In this document: piece after piece, positions 25,843 through 35,360 of the stretch
How positions within the stretch are numbered: position 1 is the first letter of the stretch
How the letters are laid out: each line of letters opens with the position of its first letter
Notes under the pieces: generated by a model
Database searches by the model: none
Seen by the model: the letters and a program-made list of their open reading frames with translations, nothing else
What the model was told of the DNA's origin: nothing
From: a virus
Taxonomy: Duplodnaviria; Caudoviricetes
Length of the DNA: 64,000 nucleotides
Reading direction: 5' to 3' (one strand)
IMG/VR virus record: IMGVR_UViG_3300028628_000004
Translations under genes and position numbers: made by a program

Positions 25843-26295
25843 ATGAGATACTACCCATCACTTATCGAAGAAATCTTTGACGATGTGAATAGAACATTCG
25901 CTGTCATTGACACAGCGTTTCGTGACGTGGAGAATAGACATGGACTAAGAAACGCACTACCATATGTCTCTGTTCCTTCGGTTAAATCGTATAGCAGATA
26001 CGAAGACATTAGAACTTATGACGACGGAACAAAGGTCGAGACATATAAAAATGGTAAAATTCATGGAGAAGTTTCTTATCATGATAAAAAGACTCCATCC
26101 GAGTATTGGATTGAAGGTAAGCAAGTAACTAAAGAAGCTTGGGAAGCTAACATTGCAGAGCAGGAAGATAAGAAAATTCATCTGATTTATATTGACAATA
26201 GACCATATGAAGTAACAGGTAAGCAACTGAAAGAAGTTAAATCTTCTCTTGAATCTGTATTAAAGATTGAAAGTAAACAAAAGAAAAACGAATAG
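25843..26295 (+). CDS. hypothetical protein with MORN-variant-like repeats
   Basis: ETYKNGKIHG...EYWIEGK; AAGGAG RBS. Confidence 0.7.
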   Translation: MRYYPSLIEEIFDDVNRTFAVIDTAFRDVENRHGLRNALPYVSVPSVKSYSRYEDIRTYDDGTKVETYKNGKIHGEVSYHDKKTPSEYWIEGKQVTKEAWEANIAEQEDKKIHLIYIDNRPYEVTGKQLKEVKSSLESVLKIESKQKKNE

Positions 26296-26331
26296 ACAAA
26301 TAAATAATTTAAGTTAGGATAAAATATACCT

Positions 26332-26526
26332 ATGCCATTTTATGACTATCAATGCGAAGAGTGTAAATATATACAAGAAGTGTTACATCCTATGTCTGGT
26401 CCGACAGAAAAAGTAATATGCGAAAAATGCAATAGTCATAAAATGGCAAGGTTGGTTTCTGTTCCGTATGTAAAGTTTGTGGGGGAATGGCAAACAAATC
26501 AAGTTCGTGGTATTGATAAATTATGA
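26332..26526 (+). CDS. FmdB-family zinc ribbon protein
   Basis: MPFYDYQCEEC...CEKC...F.GEW. Confidence 0.85.
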   Translation: MPFYDYQCEECKYIQEVLHPMSGPTEKVICEKCNSHKMARLVSVPYVKFVGEWQTNQVRGIDKL

Positions 26527-26564
26527 TAACCCAATATAATATAATTAGAAGGATGACATAAACA

Positions 26565-26756
26565 ATGAGGGATTTCGAATCTCTGCGTAAGTTAGAAAAA
26601 TTACTTCACTCTATGGACTTGCCTTGGAATAGGAAGAAAGACCTGAACCCAATTAAATTCCGATGGCTCGAAAAAAATCTTGGTGAGAGAAACTCTAGCC
26701 ATAAAGATTATCCAGAAGCCATGGGGCTTATACAGAAACTTATAGCCGATGGCTGA
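26565..26756 (+). CDS. hypothetical protein
   Basis: AGGA RBS. Confidence 0.6.
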   Translation: MRDFESLRKLEKLLHSMDLPWNRKKDLNPIKFRWLEKNLGERNSSHKDYPEAMGLIQKLIADG

Positions 26757-27408
26757 CTTACCTCCACAACCTGCTTCCGATCAGCCTATGTATTCTATTG
26801 ACCCAAATGGCAATAGAACTATGTCAATTAATGGTAATGTGTATCAAGTTTTAGATATTGGATATATTAATGGAAATCCTTATACTGCATGTATAGTATT
26901 ATCCGATGACTCCGTTGTTATTAGTCCAATTGCTGATGCATTTCCGGTGTGTTCAGCGTGCTGGCATCCAGAGGGAATTATCACTGTACCAGATTGGATA
27001 ACATGTGCTGTACCTGTCGGTGGACACGGTTCACTTATCAAGTTTAAAAAGCCATGGGAATGTCACTGTTTAAAATTAATGGGATATCAATCAATAGAAA
27101 CATCTACTATTGATGAAACTTTAACTTTCTCACCAATGTGCGGTGCCCCGAAAGTACCACCCCCTTCAGCGGCACTTGCTTCAGCAGCGGTTGGCGCTGG
27201 GTTGCTCGCAATAGGGGCTGTTGCATTTTTCAATGCTCTCAACAATGGTATATCAAACTACAGTGGGGACATTCCAAACGGGTTTGATTCGAATATCAAT
27301 ATTGGAGAGGAAACTGGGAATATAATCCCATCTAAGTCATGTCCAGAAGATCCCGCTGGTGGTGTATCACACGCTAGTTCATCTGTTAAGAATACAGATT
27401 GTAAATAA
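26749..27408 (+). CDS. Cys-containing protein with hydrophobic segment
   Basis: Long ORF, overlap coupling. Confidence 0.65.
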   Translation: MADLPPQPASDQPMYSIDPNGNRTMSINGNVYQVLDIGYINGNPYTACIVLSDDSVVISPIADAFPVCSACWHPEGIITVPDWITCAVPVGGHGSLIKFKKPWECHCLKLMGYQSIETSTIDETLTFSPMCGAPKVPPPSAALASAAVGAGLLAIGAVAFFNALNNGISNYSGDIPNGFDSNINIGEETGNIIPSKSCPEDPAGGVSHASSSVKNTDCK

Positions 27409-27453
27409 TTTTTCATCCATATACTAGTGTTATAACCAACCAAGGATAACACC

Positions 27454-27819
27454 ATGGCGAAGATTTACGAGTGGACCTACAAGGGCGATAGTGGCAAGAT
27501 CGTTGCCGCCAATACCAAGGAAGCTAAGCGAGAGATTGCCAAGAAGTTCGGCAATGCTATAAAGATTCCAAAGGGGACCATTGTCAAGAAGATTGGTCTT
27601 GCCAAGGCAGAAAAGAAAATCAAGGAAGTCGAGCCATCCAAGCCGCTTCCACAGACCTCCATGGTTACTTCTATTGACGAGTCATATGTTTTGACTAAGG
27701 AGCAGACTTTTACTGGCTGCACTCTCATGGTCAATGGACAGGTCTTTGGTGTTGGCGATGAAACCGAATTCATCGTCCCCAAGGGTTGCCGTATTTCCAA
27801 TGTCAAGCCCATCCGATAA
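27454..27819 (+). CDS. basic hypothetical protein
   Basis: AAGGA RBS; codon bias. Confidence 0.7.
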   Translation: MAKIYEWTYKGDSGKIVAANTKEAKREIAKKFGNAIKIPKGTIVKKIGLAKAEKKIKEVEPSKPLPQTSMVTSIDESYVLTKEQTFTGCTLMVNGQVFGVGDETEFIVPKGCRISNVKPIR

Positions 27820-27893
27820 GATGGCTCTTGACTTATTGAATAAACTCACCATAATAAAGTCTCAGGGACATAACCTCAACAAAGGAGAATACA

Positions 27894-28373
27894 ATGCCCC
27901 GTGTTGCAAAGAATAAGGACGAATCCGCTGTCCAGAATGTAGCGGAACCCAAGAAGCGCATCAATAAGAAGATGGCTCCAGTAGAGTCAGCTAATGTTGA
28001 TACTCCAGTAGAGCCACCGAAGAAGGGATATGTCTTTTATTCGGTATATAGTCGCTCTCGCGGCTGGCTTACCGAATCTCTTGATCCCGACAAGGCATGC
28101 GAAGCACTTGATGAGTGCTACTTCGATTGGCTCCGAAAGGTCAACTACGAAGAAAAGAGGATTGTATTTGATTATTACATCCTCAAGCGCGACACTTCGG
28201 TGAATTCCGCCAGCAGCGAGCCATACAGCTACTACCCCGGATCTTATACCGAGCGCAAGCGCGAAGAAGCCCTTCGTGCCAAGTATGGCGACCGCTATCG
28301 TGAAGACGAGGGCGAGGATTACGACTACTCGCAGTATGCCGAGGAATTCGAGAAGTCAAAGTCGAAGCGATAA
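27894..28373 (+). CDS. hypothetical protein
   Basis: Promoter at 27828, AAGGAG RBS. Confidence 0.7.
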   Translation: MPRVAKNKDESAVQNVAEPKKRINKKMAPVESANVDTPVEPPKKGYVFYSVYSRSRGWLTESLDPDKACEALDECYFDWLRKVNYEEKRIVFDYYILKRDTSVNSASSEPYSYYPGSYTERKREEALRAKYGDRYREDEGEDYDYSQYAEEFEKSKSKR

Positions 28374-28386
28374 ATACAAGTGTTAT

Positions 28387-28496
28387 GGGCACGTAGCTTA
28401 AAGTAAAGCGGAAGTAACTTTGAATGCTCTTTATGACTAAAGCTCTTTCTAATCAAAGTTGTTTCGTTGCAGGATCATACCCTGCCGTGTCCACCA
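28387..28496 (+). ncRNA. 110-nt tRNA-like RNA with Ala identity (G3.U70, A73, encoded CCA) and extended anticodon-replacing stem-loop
   Basis: Acceptor GGGCACG/CGTGTCC-A-CCA; D stem GCTT/AAGC; 13-bp stem GAAGTAACTTTGA/TCAAAGTTGTTTC with 29-nt loop; T stem GCAGG/CCTGC. Confidence 0.8.
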
Positions 28497-28511
28497 CTCT
28501 TAAAGTGTTAT

Positions 28512-28871
28512 ATGTCAGATGATTACACCAAGTCTCTCGAAGAGACTATCGCAAAGCAAGAAGGAGTTATTGAAGACTTCCTCAAGGATAGAGAGAACAT
28601 AACAAAGATGCTTGGGAAAATAATACAAGGAACCCATGATATTTGTAATGATATTGAGTTACTAGCAAATCCCAAGAATCCTTCTGGAAGTGATAAGCAG
28701 CTTGATACAATACGAAGTGTTATAAAAAATAAACTTATCCAAGAACTTAAAAGTTATGCTAATTCGCTTGCTACTGTAAGTAGCTACTCAAATTCAGATC
28801 CTTCTGAATATAGAGTATCTGGAAAACACTGGGCAATTCCAGTCATAAGACCAGTCAAAGATCACTATTGA
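28512..28871 (+). CDS. hypothetical protein with N-terminal zipper motif
   Basis: MSDDYTKSLEETIAKQE. Confidence 0.65.
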   Translation: MSDDYTKSLEETIAKQEGVIEDFLKDRENITKMLGKIIQGTHDICNDIELLANPKNPSGSDKQLDTIRSVIKNKLIQELKSYANSLATVSSYSNSDPSEYRVSGKHWAIPVIRPVKDHY

Positions 28872-28914
28872 CTTCTGGTTATATTCCATATAATGTGGAT
28901 TAAGGAAACACACC

Positions 28915-29253
28915 ATGGCACAGCAAGACTTCGGCACCTATACCATTGAAGATACAAGCGTTGAGACGAAGAACGCAAAGAACTGGAATGTCATCATCCA
29001 TGACTCCGACCAGCATTCGTTCGTCTATGTCACTAAGCTTCTTCGTGAAGTGTTTGCGAAAAACGAGCAAGATGCCGAGCTTCTGACGCTTGAAGTTCAT
29101 CAGATGGGCTTGGCGATTGTCAAGACTTGCTCCAAGGAGCGAGCGGAGCTTTACAAGGAGCAGGTAACTGCTTATGGTGCCGATGAAGTTATGTTCTATA
29201 TGGGAAAGACTTCAAATGGACCCATCGGTTGCTCAATAGAGCCTGCGGAGTAA
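28915..29253 (+). CDS. clpS: ATP-dependent Clp protease adaptor ClpS
   Basis: WNVIIHDSDQHSFVYV..LL.EVF...A..L.LEVH..G.AIV...ERAE. Confidence 0.85.
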   Translation: MAQQDFGTYTIEDTSVETKNAKNWNVIIHDSDQHSFVYVTKLLREVFAKNEQDAELLTLEVHQMGLAIVKTCSKERAELYKEQVTAYGADEVMFYMGKTSNGPIGCSIEPAE

Positions 29254-29255
29254 GC

Positions 29256-29900
29256 ATGACTATCTTTTTCACCAGTGATACGCACTTTCACCATGTTTCA
29301 ATACTCAAGTATTGCAACCGTCCATTTGCCTCCGTAGAGGAAATGAACGAGAAGCTGATTGCCAACTGGAACTCTGTAGTTACGAGCAAGGATGTCGTCT
29401 ATCACATGGGCGACTTCTCTTGGGGCAATGCTGAGAAGATCCGGAGCGTCTTTGATCGTCTGAACGGTCAGAAGCATCTGGTTCTTGGCAACCACGATGA
29501 TATTGATTCTCACAAGAAACTAAAGTGGAACTGGGTCAAGACTGAATATACTCTGAAGGTCAACGATCTTCGTTATGTTCTGTATCACTATCCCCAGCGT
29601 TCATGGAACTATTCGGTCCACGGGGCAAGGCATCTGTTTGGTCATTGTCACGGAACGGCTAAGCCTTGGGGTTATTCGTTCGATGTGGGCACTGACTGTT
29701 GGGATTTTACTCCCGTGTCTATTGAAGTGGTTGAAGCGACCATTGCCAAGATGCAGAGGATGAACCCCGAGTATGATGTCGCTTTCATGCCAAAGGGAGT
29801 CATCTGGAACGGAAAAACTCACGACTACTCCTATCGGGACTTTTTTGTGGGCGATGGGTCGCTTGACAAGGTAGATCCAGACGCTATCAGGGGCGAATAA
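29256..29900 (+). CDS. calcineurin-like metallophosphoesterase
   Basis: FTSDTHF.H, HMGD, GNHD, HYP, GHCH. Confidence 0.9.
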   Translation: MTIFFTSDTHFHHVSILKYCNRPFASVEEMNEKLIANWNSVVTSKDVVYHMGDFSWGNAEKIRSVFDRLNGQKHLVLGNHDDIDSHKKLKWNWVKTEYTLKVNDLRYVLYHYPQRSWNYSVHGARHLFGHCHGTAKPWGYSFDVGTDCWDFTPVSIEVVEATIAKMQRMNPEYDVAFMPKGVIWNGKTHDYSYRDFFVGDGSLDKVDPDAIRGE

Positions 29901-29950
29901 GTAGTTGACTTCCGTACAGTCTCTCTTATCATTAATTTTAAGGAAACTGT

Positions 29951-30568
29951 ATGAAATCGTATCCAAGTATTGAAGGCTCTTCTAAAGCCCCGAATGACCA
30001 ATGCATCGCGTTCTACAAGTACGACGGTTCTAATCTTCGTTTCGAGTGGATTAAGAAACGAGGGTGGCACTTGTTCGGCACCCGCAAGCGTCTATTTGAC
30101 GAGTCGGACCCTGACTTTGGTCCCGCAATCAAGATGTTTCGTGATACTTTGGCAAGCGACCTTGAAGCTATTTTCAAGAAAGAATATCGCGATTCGCAAG
30201 AGGTTGTGGTGTTCTGTGAATATTTTGGCGACCAATCTTTCGCGGGTCAACATAAACCCGACGATGCTACAAAGCGTCTTGTATTGATTGATGTAGATAT
30301 TCATAAGAAGGGATTTGTTAGTCCACGAGAATTCGTCAAAGTATTCTGTAAGGCTCTTGGCAACAGAGCCGCCGAAGTCATATATGAAGGAAACCTTAAT
30401 GCGTCCTTTATTGCCGATGTTAGATCCGGTAAGTATCCAGTTGTAGAGGGCGTTGTCTGTAAAGGTGGATCTGGACATAAGATATGGAGAGCAAAAATTA
30501 AGACTGATGCCTATTTAAAGAGACTCAAGGAAGTATATGCGGATAGTTGGGCAAGCTACTGGGAATAA
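29951..30568 (+). CDS. stand-alone ATP-dependent RNA ligase (nucleotidyltransferase domain)
   Basis: YPSI, KYDGSN (motif I), EYFG, IDV, EGVVCK, KIK. Confidence 0.8.
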   Translation: MKSYPSIEGSSKAPNDQCIAFYKYDGSNLRFEWIKKRGWHLFGTRKRLFDESDPDFGPAIKMFRDTLASDLEAIFKKEYRDSQEVVVFCEYFGDQSFAGQHKPDDATKRLVLIDVDIHKKGFVSPREFVKVFCKALGNRAAEVIYEGNLNASFIADVRSGKYPVVEGVVCKGGSGHKIWRAKIKTDAYLKRLKEVYADSWASYWE

Positions 30569-30606
30569 GTAGTTGACTTCCTCTTATCGGCGGTTATAAT
30601 AAAAAA

Positions 30607-31365
30607 ATGAAGATCCAAGTTCTCTCTGACCTCCATCTGGAGCATCAGCCATACACCCTCAAGCTCCATAACCACGCCGATGTATTGGTGTTGGCTGGGG
30701 ACATCTGCCCACCCAAGCTCATTGGTCGGATGAAGAACATCTTGGGTCGGATCACCCGGAAGGTTCCGGTATTGTATATCACTGGTAATCACGAGTATTA
30801 CGGCAGTGAGTTCCATACCGTCAATGACTTCTGGGAGGACTTCGCCAAGCAGACTCCAAACTTCCACTTTCTCAACAACAAAAACTTTGTTTATGGTGGA
30901 TATCAGTTTGTTGGGTCAACTCTGTGGAGTAACTTCGACCTCGTTCGGTCTTCGGGTCTTCCGCTTGACATCTTTATGTCGCGGCTCCCGTTTGCCATCA
31001 ACGACTTCTTCTCCATCAAGCACGGTGATGGGTGGTTTACTCCGCAACACTGCCTTGACCTCAACTTGGCTGCACGGAAGTTCATCAAGGAATCGGTGGA
31101 AAGCTTCGATGGGAAGTCGGTAGTCATTAGCCACTTCTGCCCACACCCGAAGTCGATCCATGAGAAGTTCATGGGAAGTAAGCTTAACTGCTACTTTACC
31201 TGCGACTGCTCAGAAATCTTCCAGCCAAAGATTCCTTTGTGGATTTTCGGGCACACGCATGAACCAACTGAGTTTACCCTTGGTGACACCCGGTTTGTCT
31301 GCAATCCACGGGGATATCCCCACGAGAAGAGCAACTATGACGGAAAGAAGATCATTGAGATATAA
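30607..31365 (+). CDS. calcineurin-like metallophosphoesterase
   Basis: SDLHLE, LAGDI, GNHEYY, GHTH, NPRGY; leaderless. Confidence 0.9.
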   Translation: MKIQVLSDLHLEHQPYTLKLHNHADVLVLAGDICPPKLIGRMKNILGRITRKVPVLYITGNHEYYGSEFHTVNDFWEDFAKQTPNFHFLNNKNFVYGGYQFVGSTLWSNFDLVRSSGLPLDIFMSRLPFAINDFFSIKHGDGWFTPQHCLDLNLAARKFIKESVESFDGKSVVISHFCPHPKSIHEKFMGSKLNCYFTCDCSEIFQPKIPLWIFGHTHEPTEFTLGDTRFVCNPRGYPHEKSNYDGKKIIEI

Positions 31366-32029
31366 TATCTTTACATTTTGCGTATTTTCTATAAAGACCT
31401 ATTCCATCATATGAGTTGCTATAGAGTAATGTGTCTAGGATTACCAAACTTGGTTTGTTGGTAATCCTGACACACGATGATCTTGTTATTTTTTCATCGA
31501 ACTTTTTTACTTGTCGCCTCTGTATTGTATATTTAATGCCATTAGAGGAAAATATATTTTCTAATACCGACCAGTCTTGATCATGAGTTCCAGCGACACT
31601 AAATTGCTTAGATGTTTTACTTTTATAAAAGCAACCGTCGCCATCAATCCAACCACGTAAAAAGAATCGGTGATATCCTTCGGGTATCTGCTTTAGTATT
31701 TTTGTAGGAGATATTTTTGATTTCTCATTATACCCCATTGAATGAAGATAGTCACATAACATAGAATTATTAGCACAGGCAATAGACTGCTCCCTTCTAT
31801 TTTTTCTCTTTCTTGATGCATGATACCATTTTCCAGTTGCTTCAATGGTTGGTTTTATTGCGTCCATATCATCTTTGACAATCTCAATTCTTATTTCTTT
31901 TCTTTTATACTTATACAGCAAATGACCATCAGCCCACGCAAACCCTAAGATATATGCGTGGTGTGGTGTTGTGCAGTTTATGAATCCATTAGCATCTACA
32001 CCAAGAGTAGTTTGATTTCTATAAGTCAT
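31352..32029 (-). CDS. LAGLIDADG homing endonuclease, free-standing
   Basis: AYILGFAWADGHL and FFLRGWIDGDGCF; TATAAATA just upstream. Confidence 0.88.
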   Translation of the reverse strand: MTYRNQTTLGVDANGFINCTTPHHAYILGFAWADGHLLYKYKRKEIRIEIVKDDMDAIKPTIEATGKWYHASRKRKNRREQSIACANNSMLCDYLHSMGYNEKSKISPTKILKQIPEGYHRFFLRGWIDGDGCFYKSKTSKQFSVAGTHDQDWSVLENIFSSNGIKYTIQRRQVKKFDEKITRSSCVRITNKPSLVILDTLLYSNSYDGIGLYRKYAKCKDIISQ

Positions 32030-32034
32030 ATTAG

Positions 32035-32042
32035 TATTTATA
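32035..32042 (-). promoter_or_regulatory. T4-type late promoter TATAAATA
   Basis: Upstream of LAGLIDADG ATG. Confidence 0.7.
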
Positions 32043-32091
32043 TGGGTAATGCCATGTATCCACAATAAATAAAGGAAGAATGTTGTTATAA

Positions 32092-32099
32092 TATAAATA
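32092..32099 (+). promoter_or_regulatory. T4-type late promoter TATAAATA
   Basis: Upstream of 32122 ORF. Confidence 0.7.
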
Positions 32100-32121
32100 A
32101 CATTGATATAGGAGAAATGTT

Positions 32122-32610
32122 ATGACACTGAATGCCAATAGCTACCGTGAAGTACTTCGCAAGAAGCTCAAAGAATCCGATATGGGTCTTCCACAGCCAG
32201 CAGTTGCTCCGGTTGCCAAGGAAGCTACATATTCTGGTGTATTAGATTCTCTCAGAGAGAAGCTTTTTGGTCCTATTAATGCTCAAGAGAGTTCATGCGG
32301 GGTAGCGACAGAGGACTCCTATCAGGATTCGCCAGAATCCGTTAGTAGCACCGAAGTTATGGGTCCAGAATCAGAAGAAGCTACATTGACCGCCGAGGAT
32401 CTTAACGACCTCGCAACCGATACCATTGCAGAAGTCCTCAACTCTGTTAAGGAACTGCGCGATCAAGTTAAGAAAGAGAACCCAAAGAAAGCAGCACTTG
32501 TTCGTAGAATATACGATCACTTGCTTAAGGGCAAGGATAAGATAACTGCCGAAATTCTCAAGTCACATGAGGAAGAAAAAACACAGACAGTAGAAAAGCC
32601 GTCTGTATAA
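32122..32610 (+). CDS. late hypothetical protein (possible virion internal protein)
   Basis: Late promoter, AGGAG RBS. Confidence 0.7.
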   Translation: MTLNANSYREVLRKKLKESDMGLPQPAVAPVAKEATYSGVLDSLREKLFGPINAQESSCGVATEDSYQDSPESVSSTEVMGPESEEATLTAEDLNDLATDTIAEVLNSVKELRDQVKKENPKKAALVRRIYDHLLKGKDKITAEILKSHEEEKTQTVEKPSV

Positions 32611-32630
32611 TAAGTTTCTTGGAGATATAA

Positions 32631-32954
32631 ATGAAACAAAAAGTTATAGTAGAGTGTGATCTACCTAAAGATTACTGTCTTAATAATGGATTTGCAACTA
32701 CCCAGTTACCAGTTCTTCGTATGGGTGACTTTTATGCAATAACCAAAGAAAAGAAGCTCGTAAAAAAAATATTACAGGAAAATGGATTTTCTTTCGATGA
32801 TATTCCGTCATCAGAATCAGTTGAATTTGACATAAAGCAAAACTTTACTACAGAGATGGGTCTTTGGGAGAGTAGATTTCATGTATCAGTCGTAAATGGA
32901 GATGTCAATAACATTTACGAAGTCTCGACCAATTTGATACAAAAAGATTCTTGA
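32631..32954 (+). CDS. hypothetical protein
   Basis: GGAG RBS. Confidence 0.65.
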   Translation: MKQKVIVECDLPKDYCLNNGFATTQLPVLRMGDFYAITKEKKLVKKILQENGFSFDDIPSSESVEFDIKQNFTTEMGLWESRFHVSVVNGDVNNIYEVSTNLIQKDS

Positions 32955-32983
32955 CTTCTCTGGCACATCTATATGATGTAACC

Positions 32984-34189
32984 ATGTCACTACACGATTA
33001 CCTTTCTAAGTACTTCTCTTCTGGCTCCGTTGGAGAGTTTGAGGGAGTTTCTGTAAACCTTGTTGACCACTTCTTCGAGAAGTTTGGAGTCAACGTTAAG
33101 AACGAGGGCGACCTCTGGCAGTTTAAGTACGACCAGTTGGCAGCCAAGTTCTCGTTCCCGCTCGTCAAGGAGTGTCGTGGGCATATCTGGCGTTATGATG
33201 GGGCTTGGACTCGCGTATGTACGCCTCCCGACAAGTTCTTCAACCAGCATGAGGGATACTGCCCTATCTTCAACGATGATGAGTTTTCTCAGAAGCTTTC
33301 GGCGCTTTCGGCTATTCGCAAGGAAGACGGAACGGCTATTGCTGTCTGGTACGACTCCGTTCGTTCGGTTTGGCGTGCTTCAACGCTGGGCGCAATCACC
33401 CCCTTCAAGGTTGGTGATTACGAGATTACTTTCGATGCGTTGTTCTGGAAGACGCTGGGAGAAGAGAACAAGAACATCCTTGAGTCGCAGGGCGACAAGA
33501 ATGTTACCTACCTCTTTGAGCTTTGCTGCTTAGAGAACCGTATTGTCACCAAGTACATCACGGATCGTGTGTTCCTCTTGACGGCTCGTAACAACAAGAC
33601 GGGCGTCTATGAGACTCCATCGTGGTGGGATATCTTCAAGGCATACAAGCCTGACTTCTTCCTGCTCGCTGGGGAAGATAACATCAAGACGCTTGATGAC
33701 TTGAAGCGTTGGGTCGATAAGCAGTCGGATGACACGGCTGACGCTGTGTATCGTGAAGGCTTTGTGATTTACGATGGGCTTACCCCTATCGCTAAGTTGA
33801 AGACGGCTCGCTACTTGTCTCTCCACGCTGTTGGTGGAGGCGACATGAAGCACACGAGGAATGTAGTCATTGACTCGTTCTTCGCTGGAACGCTGGATGA
33901 CATTTGGGGCGTCTTGCACCCTCAGATGCAGGAGTTTGCCGAGAAGCTCAAGGATAAGGTCATTAAGTTGACCAACGAGGCGCTTGCGGCTTCCAAGAAC
34001 ATTGATCCTTCGACCATAGCTTCCCAGAAGGACTATGCGTTGTGGGTCAAGGCGAATGTTCCTCCGATGTTCGCTGGATTCTTCTTCCAGAACAAGGAAG
34101 CGGTTCTTGCCAAGAAGGGCATAACCGAGGACTTTACTTGGTGGGTGAAAGCCAACTACAAGAAGTTCGAGGGCGTCTGGAAGGACTGA
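32984..34189 (+). CDS. RNA ligase, T4 Rnl1-like
   Basis: ECRG, DKFFN, KEDGT (motif I), FEL...NRIV..Y, EGFV, KLK...Y; leaderless start. Confidence 0.88.
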   Translation: MSLHDYLSKYFSSGSVGEFEGVSVNLVDHFFEKFGVNVKNEGDLWQFKYDQLAAKFSFPLVKECRGHIWRYDGAWTRVCTPPDKFFNQHEGYCPIFNDDEFSQKLSALSAIRKEDGTAIAVWYDSVRSVWRASTLGAITPFKVGDYEITFDALFWKTLGEENKNILESQGDKNVTYLFELCCLENRIVTKYITDRVFLLTARNNKTGVYETPSWWDIFKAYKPDFFLLAGEDNIKTLDDLKRWVDKQSDDTADAVYREGFVIYDGLTPIAKLKTARYLSLHAVGGGDMKHTRNVVIDSFFAGTLDDIWGVLHPQMQEFAEKLKDKVIKLTNEALAASKNIDPSTIASQKDYALWVKANVPPMFAGFFFQNKEAVLAKKGITEDFTWWVKANYKKFEGVWKD

Positions 34190-34210
34190 TATAATACTCC
34201 TACGATTTTA

Positions 34211-34218
34211 TATAAATA
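34211..34218 (+). promoter_or_regulatory. T4-type late promoter TATAAATA
   Basis: Upstream of 34237 ORF. Confidence 0.7.
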
Positions 34219-34236
34219 GTCGTAGGAGTTTTTATT

Positions 34237-35079
34237 ATGGAACCAGATGCCAACTTTAGAGAGATGATACGTTCGAAGCTTCGTGGATCATTTGGATCGG
34301 AAGCTGGCAAGCAAGGTCTAAAGATGATACCCGAGGTTGATCCGCCAGGACAGAATCCACAACAGGGTGGATCTGGAGTCAACCAAGCCAATGTCGAAAA
34401 GTCTGTAAAGGGACTTTTTCTTTCTTTGGGCAATGTCATCAAGACCAACAATCAAATAGGATCCGGAGTTTCAATCGGTCTGAAAGATAGCGACCTGAAG
34501 AAGATGTCCACTGAAGTGGCTACCGCAGTTGTTAAGGGTGATGTAGATGCCTTCAAGAAGAGTATGACTAATGGCGTTGATGCTATTAATAAAAAAGTCC
34601 TTGATTTTGCTAAAAAGCAACAGGCTCCACAACAGGGAGTTAATCAACCACAGCAAAATCAACAGAATCAGGAAGGACAGCCGGGAGCAGGACCAAATCA
34701 ACCACTCAAGGCAGCGGAAGCCCCGGGAAACGATGTCCAGACTCTTGGTGGTGCCAACCCAGCAGTAATAGATCCTCCTGCTGCTTATGAATCTCCTATT
34801 AGAGAGCGTGAGAATCCTATTTCAGTTTCGGCAATGCAGGGCATCTTGAAGTTCGCTACCCCAACCCAGGTTGGTGACGCAATAAAGGCGATGGACTCTG
34901 ACCAGTTTGCTAAGTTTGCATCTGGCTTACAGAAGGACGCTCTTGATGTGCTGTCCGCTGCGGTTAATAACGAAGGAGGCGGCAAGGCTCCTGAAGCTTC
35001 ACGGGGTGGAAAGCCAGCACCAAATCAAGGTGGTGGCGACAACAACGCTGAAGGCAACCTGAAACTTGGAGAACTATAA
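34237..35079 (+). CDS. late Q/N/G-rich protein (possible virion internal protein)
   Basis: Late promoter, AGGAG RBS, low-complexity linkers. Confidence 0.7.
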   Translation: MEPDANFREMIRSKLRGSFGSEAGKQGLKMIPEVDPPGQNPQQGGSGVNQANVEKSVKGLFLSLGNVIKTNNQIGSGVSIGLKDSDLKKMSTEVATAVVKGDVDAFKKSMTNGVDAINKKVLDFAKKQQAPQQGVNQPQQNQQNQEGQPGAGPNQPLKAAEAPGNDVQTLGGANPAVIDPPAAYESPIRERENPISVSAMQGILKFATPTQVGDAIKAMDSDQFAKFASGLQKDALDVLSAAVNNEGGGKAPEASRGGKPAPNQGGGDNNAEGNLKLGEL

Positions 35080-35318
35080 TGTCTGACCATATCAAGATTG
35101 CTAAGGGCTGGAAAAAAATATTCGAAGCTGAAATGGGATTGCCGCCAGAAGAACCCGAGATGGTGAGTGTTTCGTTTACCAAGCAAGAGTTGACAGTTCT
35201 GCGCTCTCTTATACAAACGGCTGTTAGCGAGATGACTTCGGACCCTAACAGTGGCATGAAGGGTGTTCCTAAAGAAATATCCGGCGTCATGCAGAAGCTT
35301 GACACTTTCGGACAGTAA
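35079..35318 (+). CDS. hypothetical protein
   Basis: TAATG overlap. Confidence 0.65.
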   Translation: MSDHIKIAKGWKKIFEAEMGLPPEEPEMVSVSFTKQELTVLRSLIQTAVSEMTSDPNSGMKGVPKEISGVMQKLDTFGQ

Positions 35319-35360
35319 AATAACACTTGCTTTTTGGGTTTCTGTCCTTAGAATGGGGAC

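Noticed and set aside
25843-26295. Hsp20 small heat-shock protein
   Set aside because: Only the leader is suggestive; no alpha-crystallin signature (e.g. A.Y.NGVL.I) is visible
28387-28496. Ordinary tRNA-Lys(CTT) or tRNA-Sec
   Set aside because: Positions 32-33 would be AA, the CTT is paired within a 13-bp stem, the extra length is in the anticodon arm rather than the variable arm, and the acceptor has Ala identity
31352-32029. Group I intron or intein hosting the LAGLIDADG
   Set aside because: Antisense and free-standing with its own late promoter; flanking genes look complete
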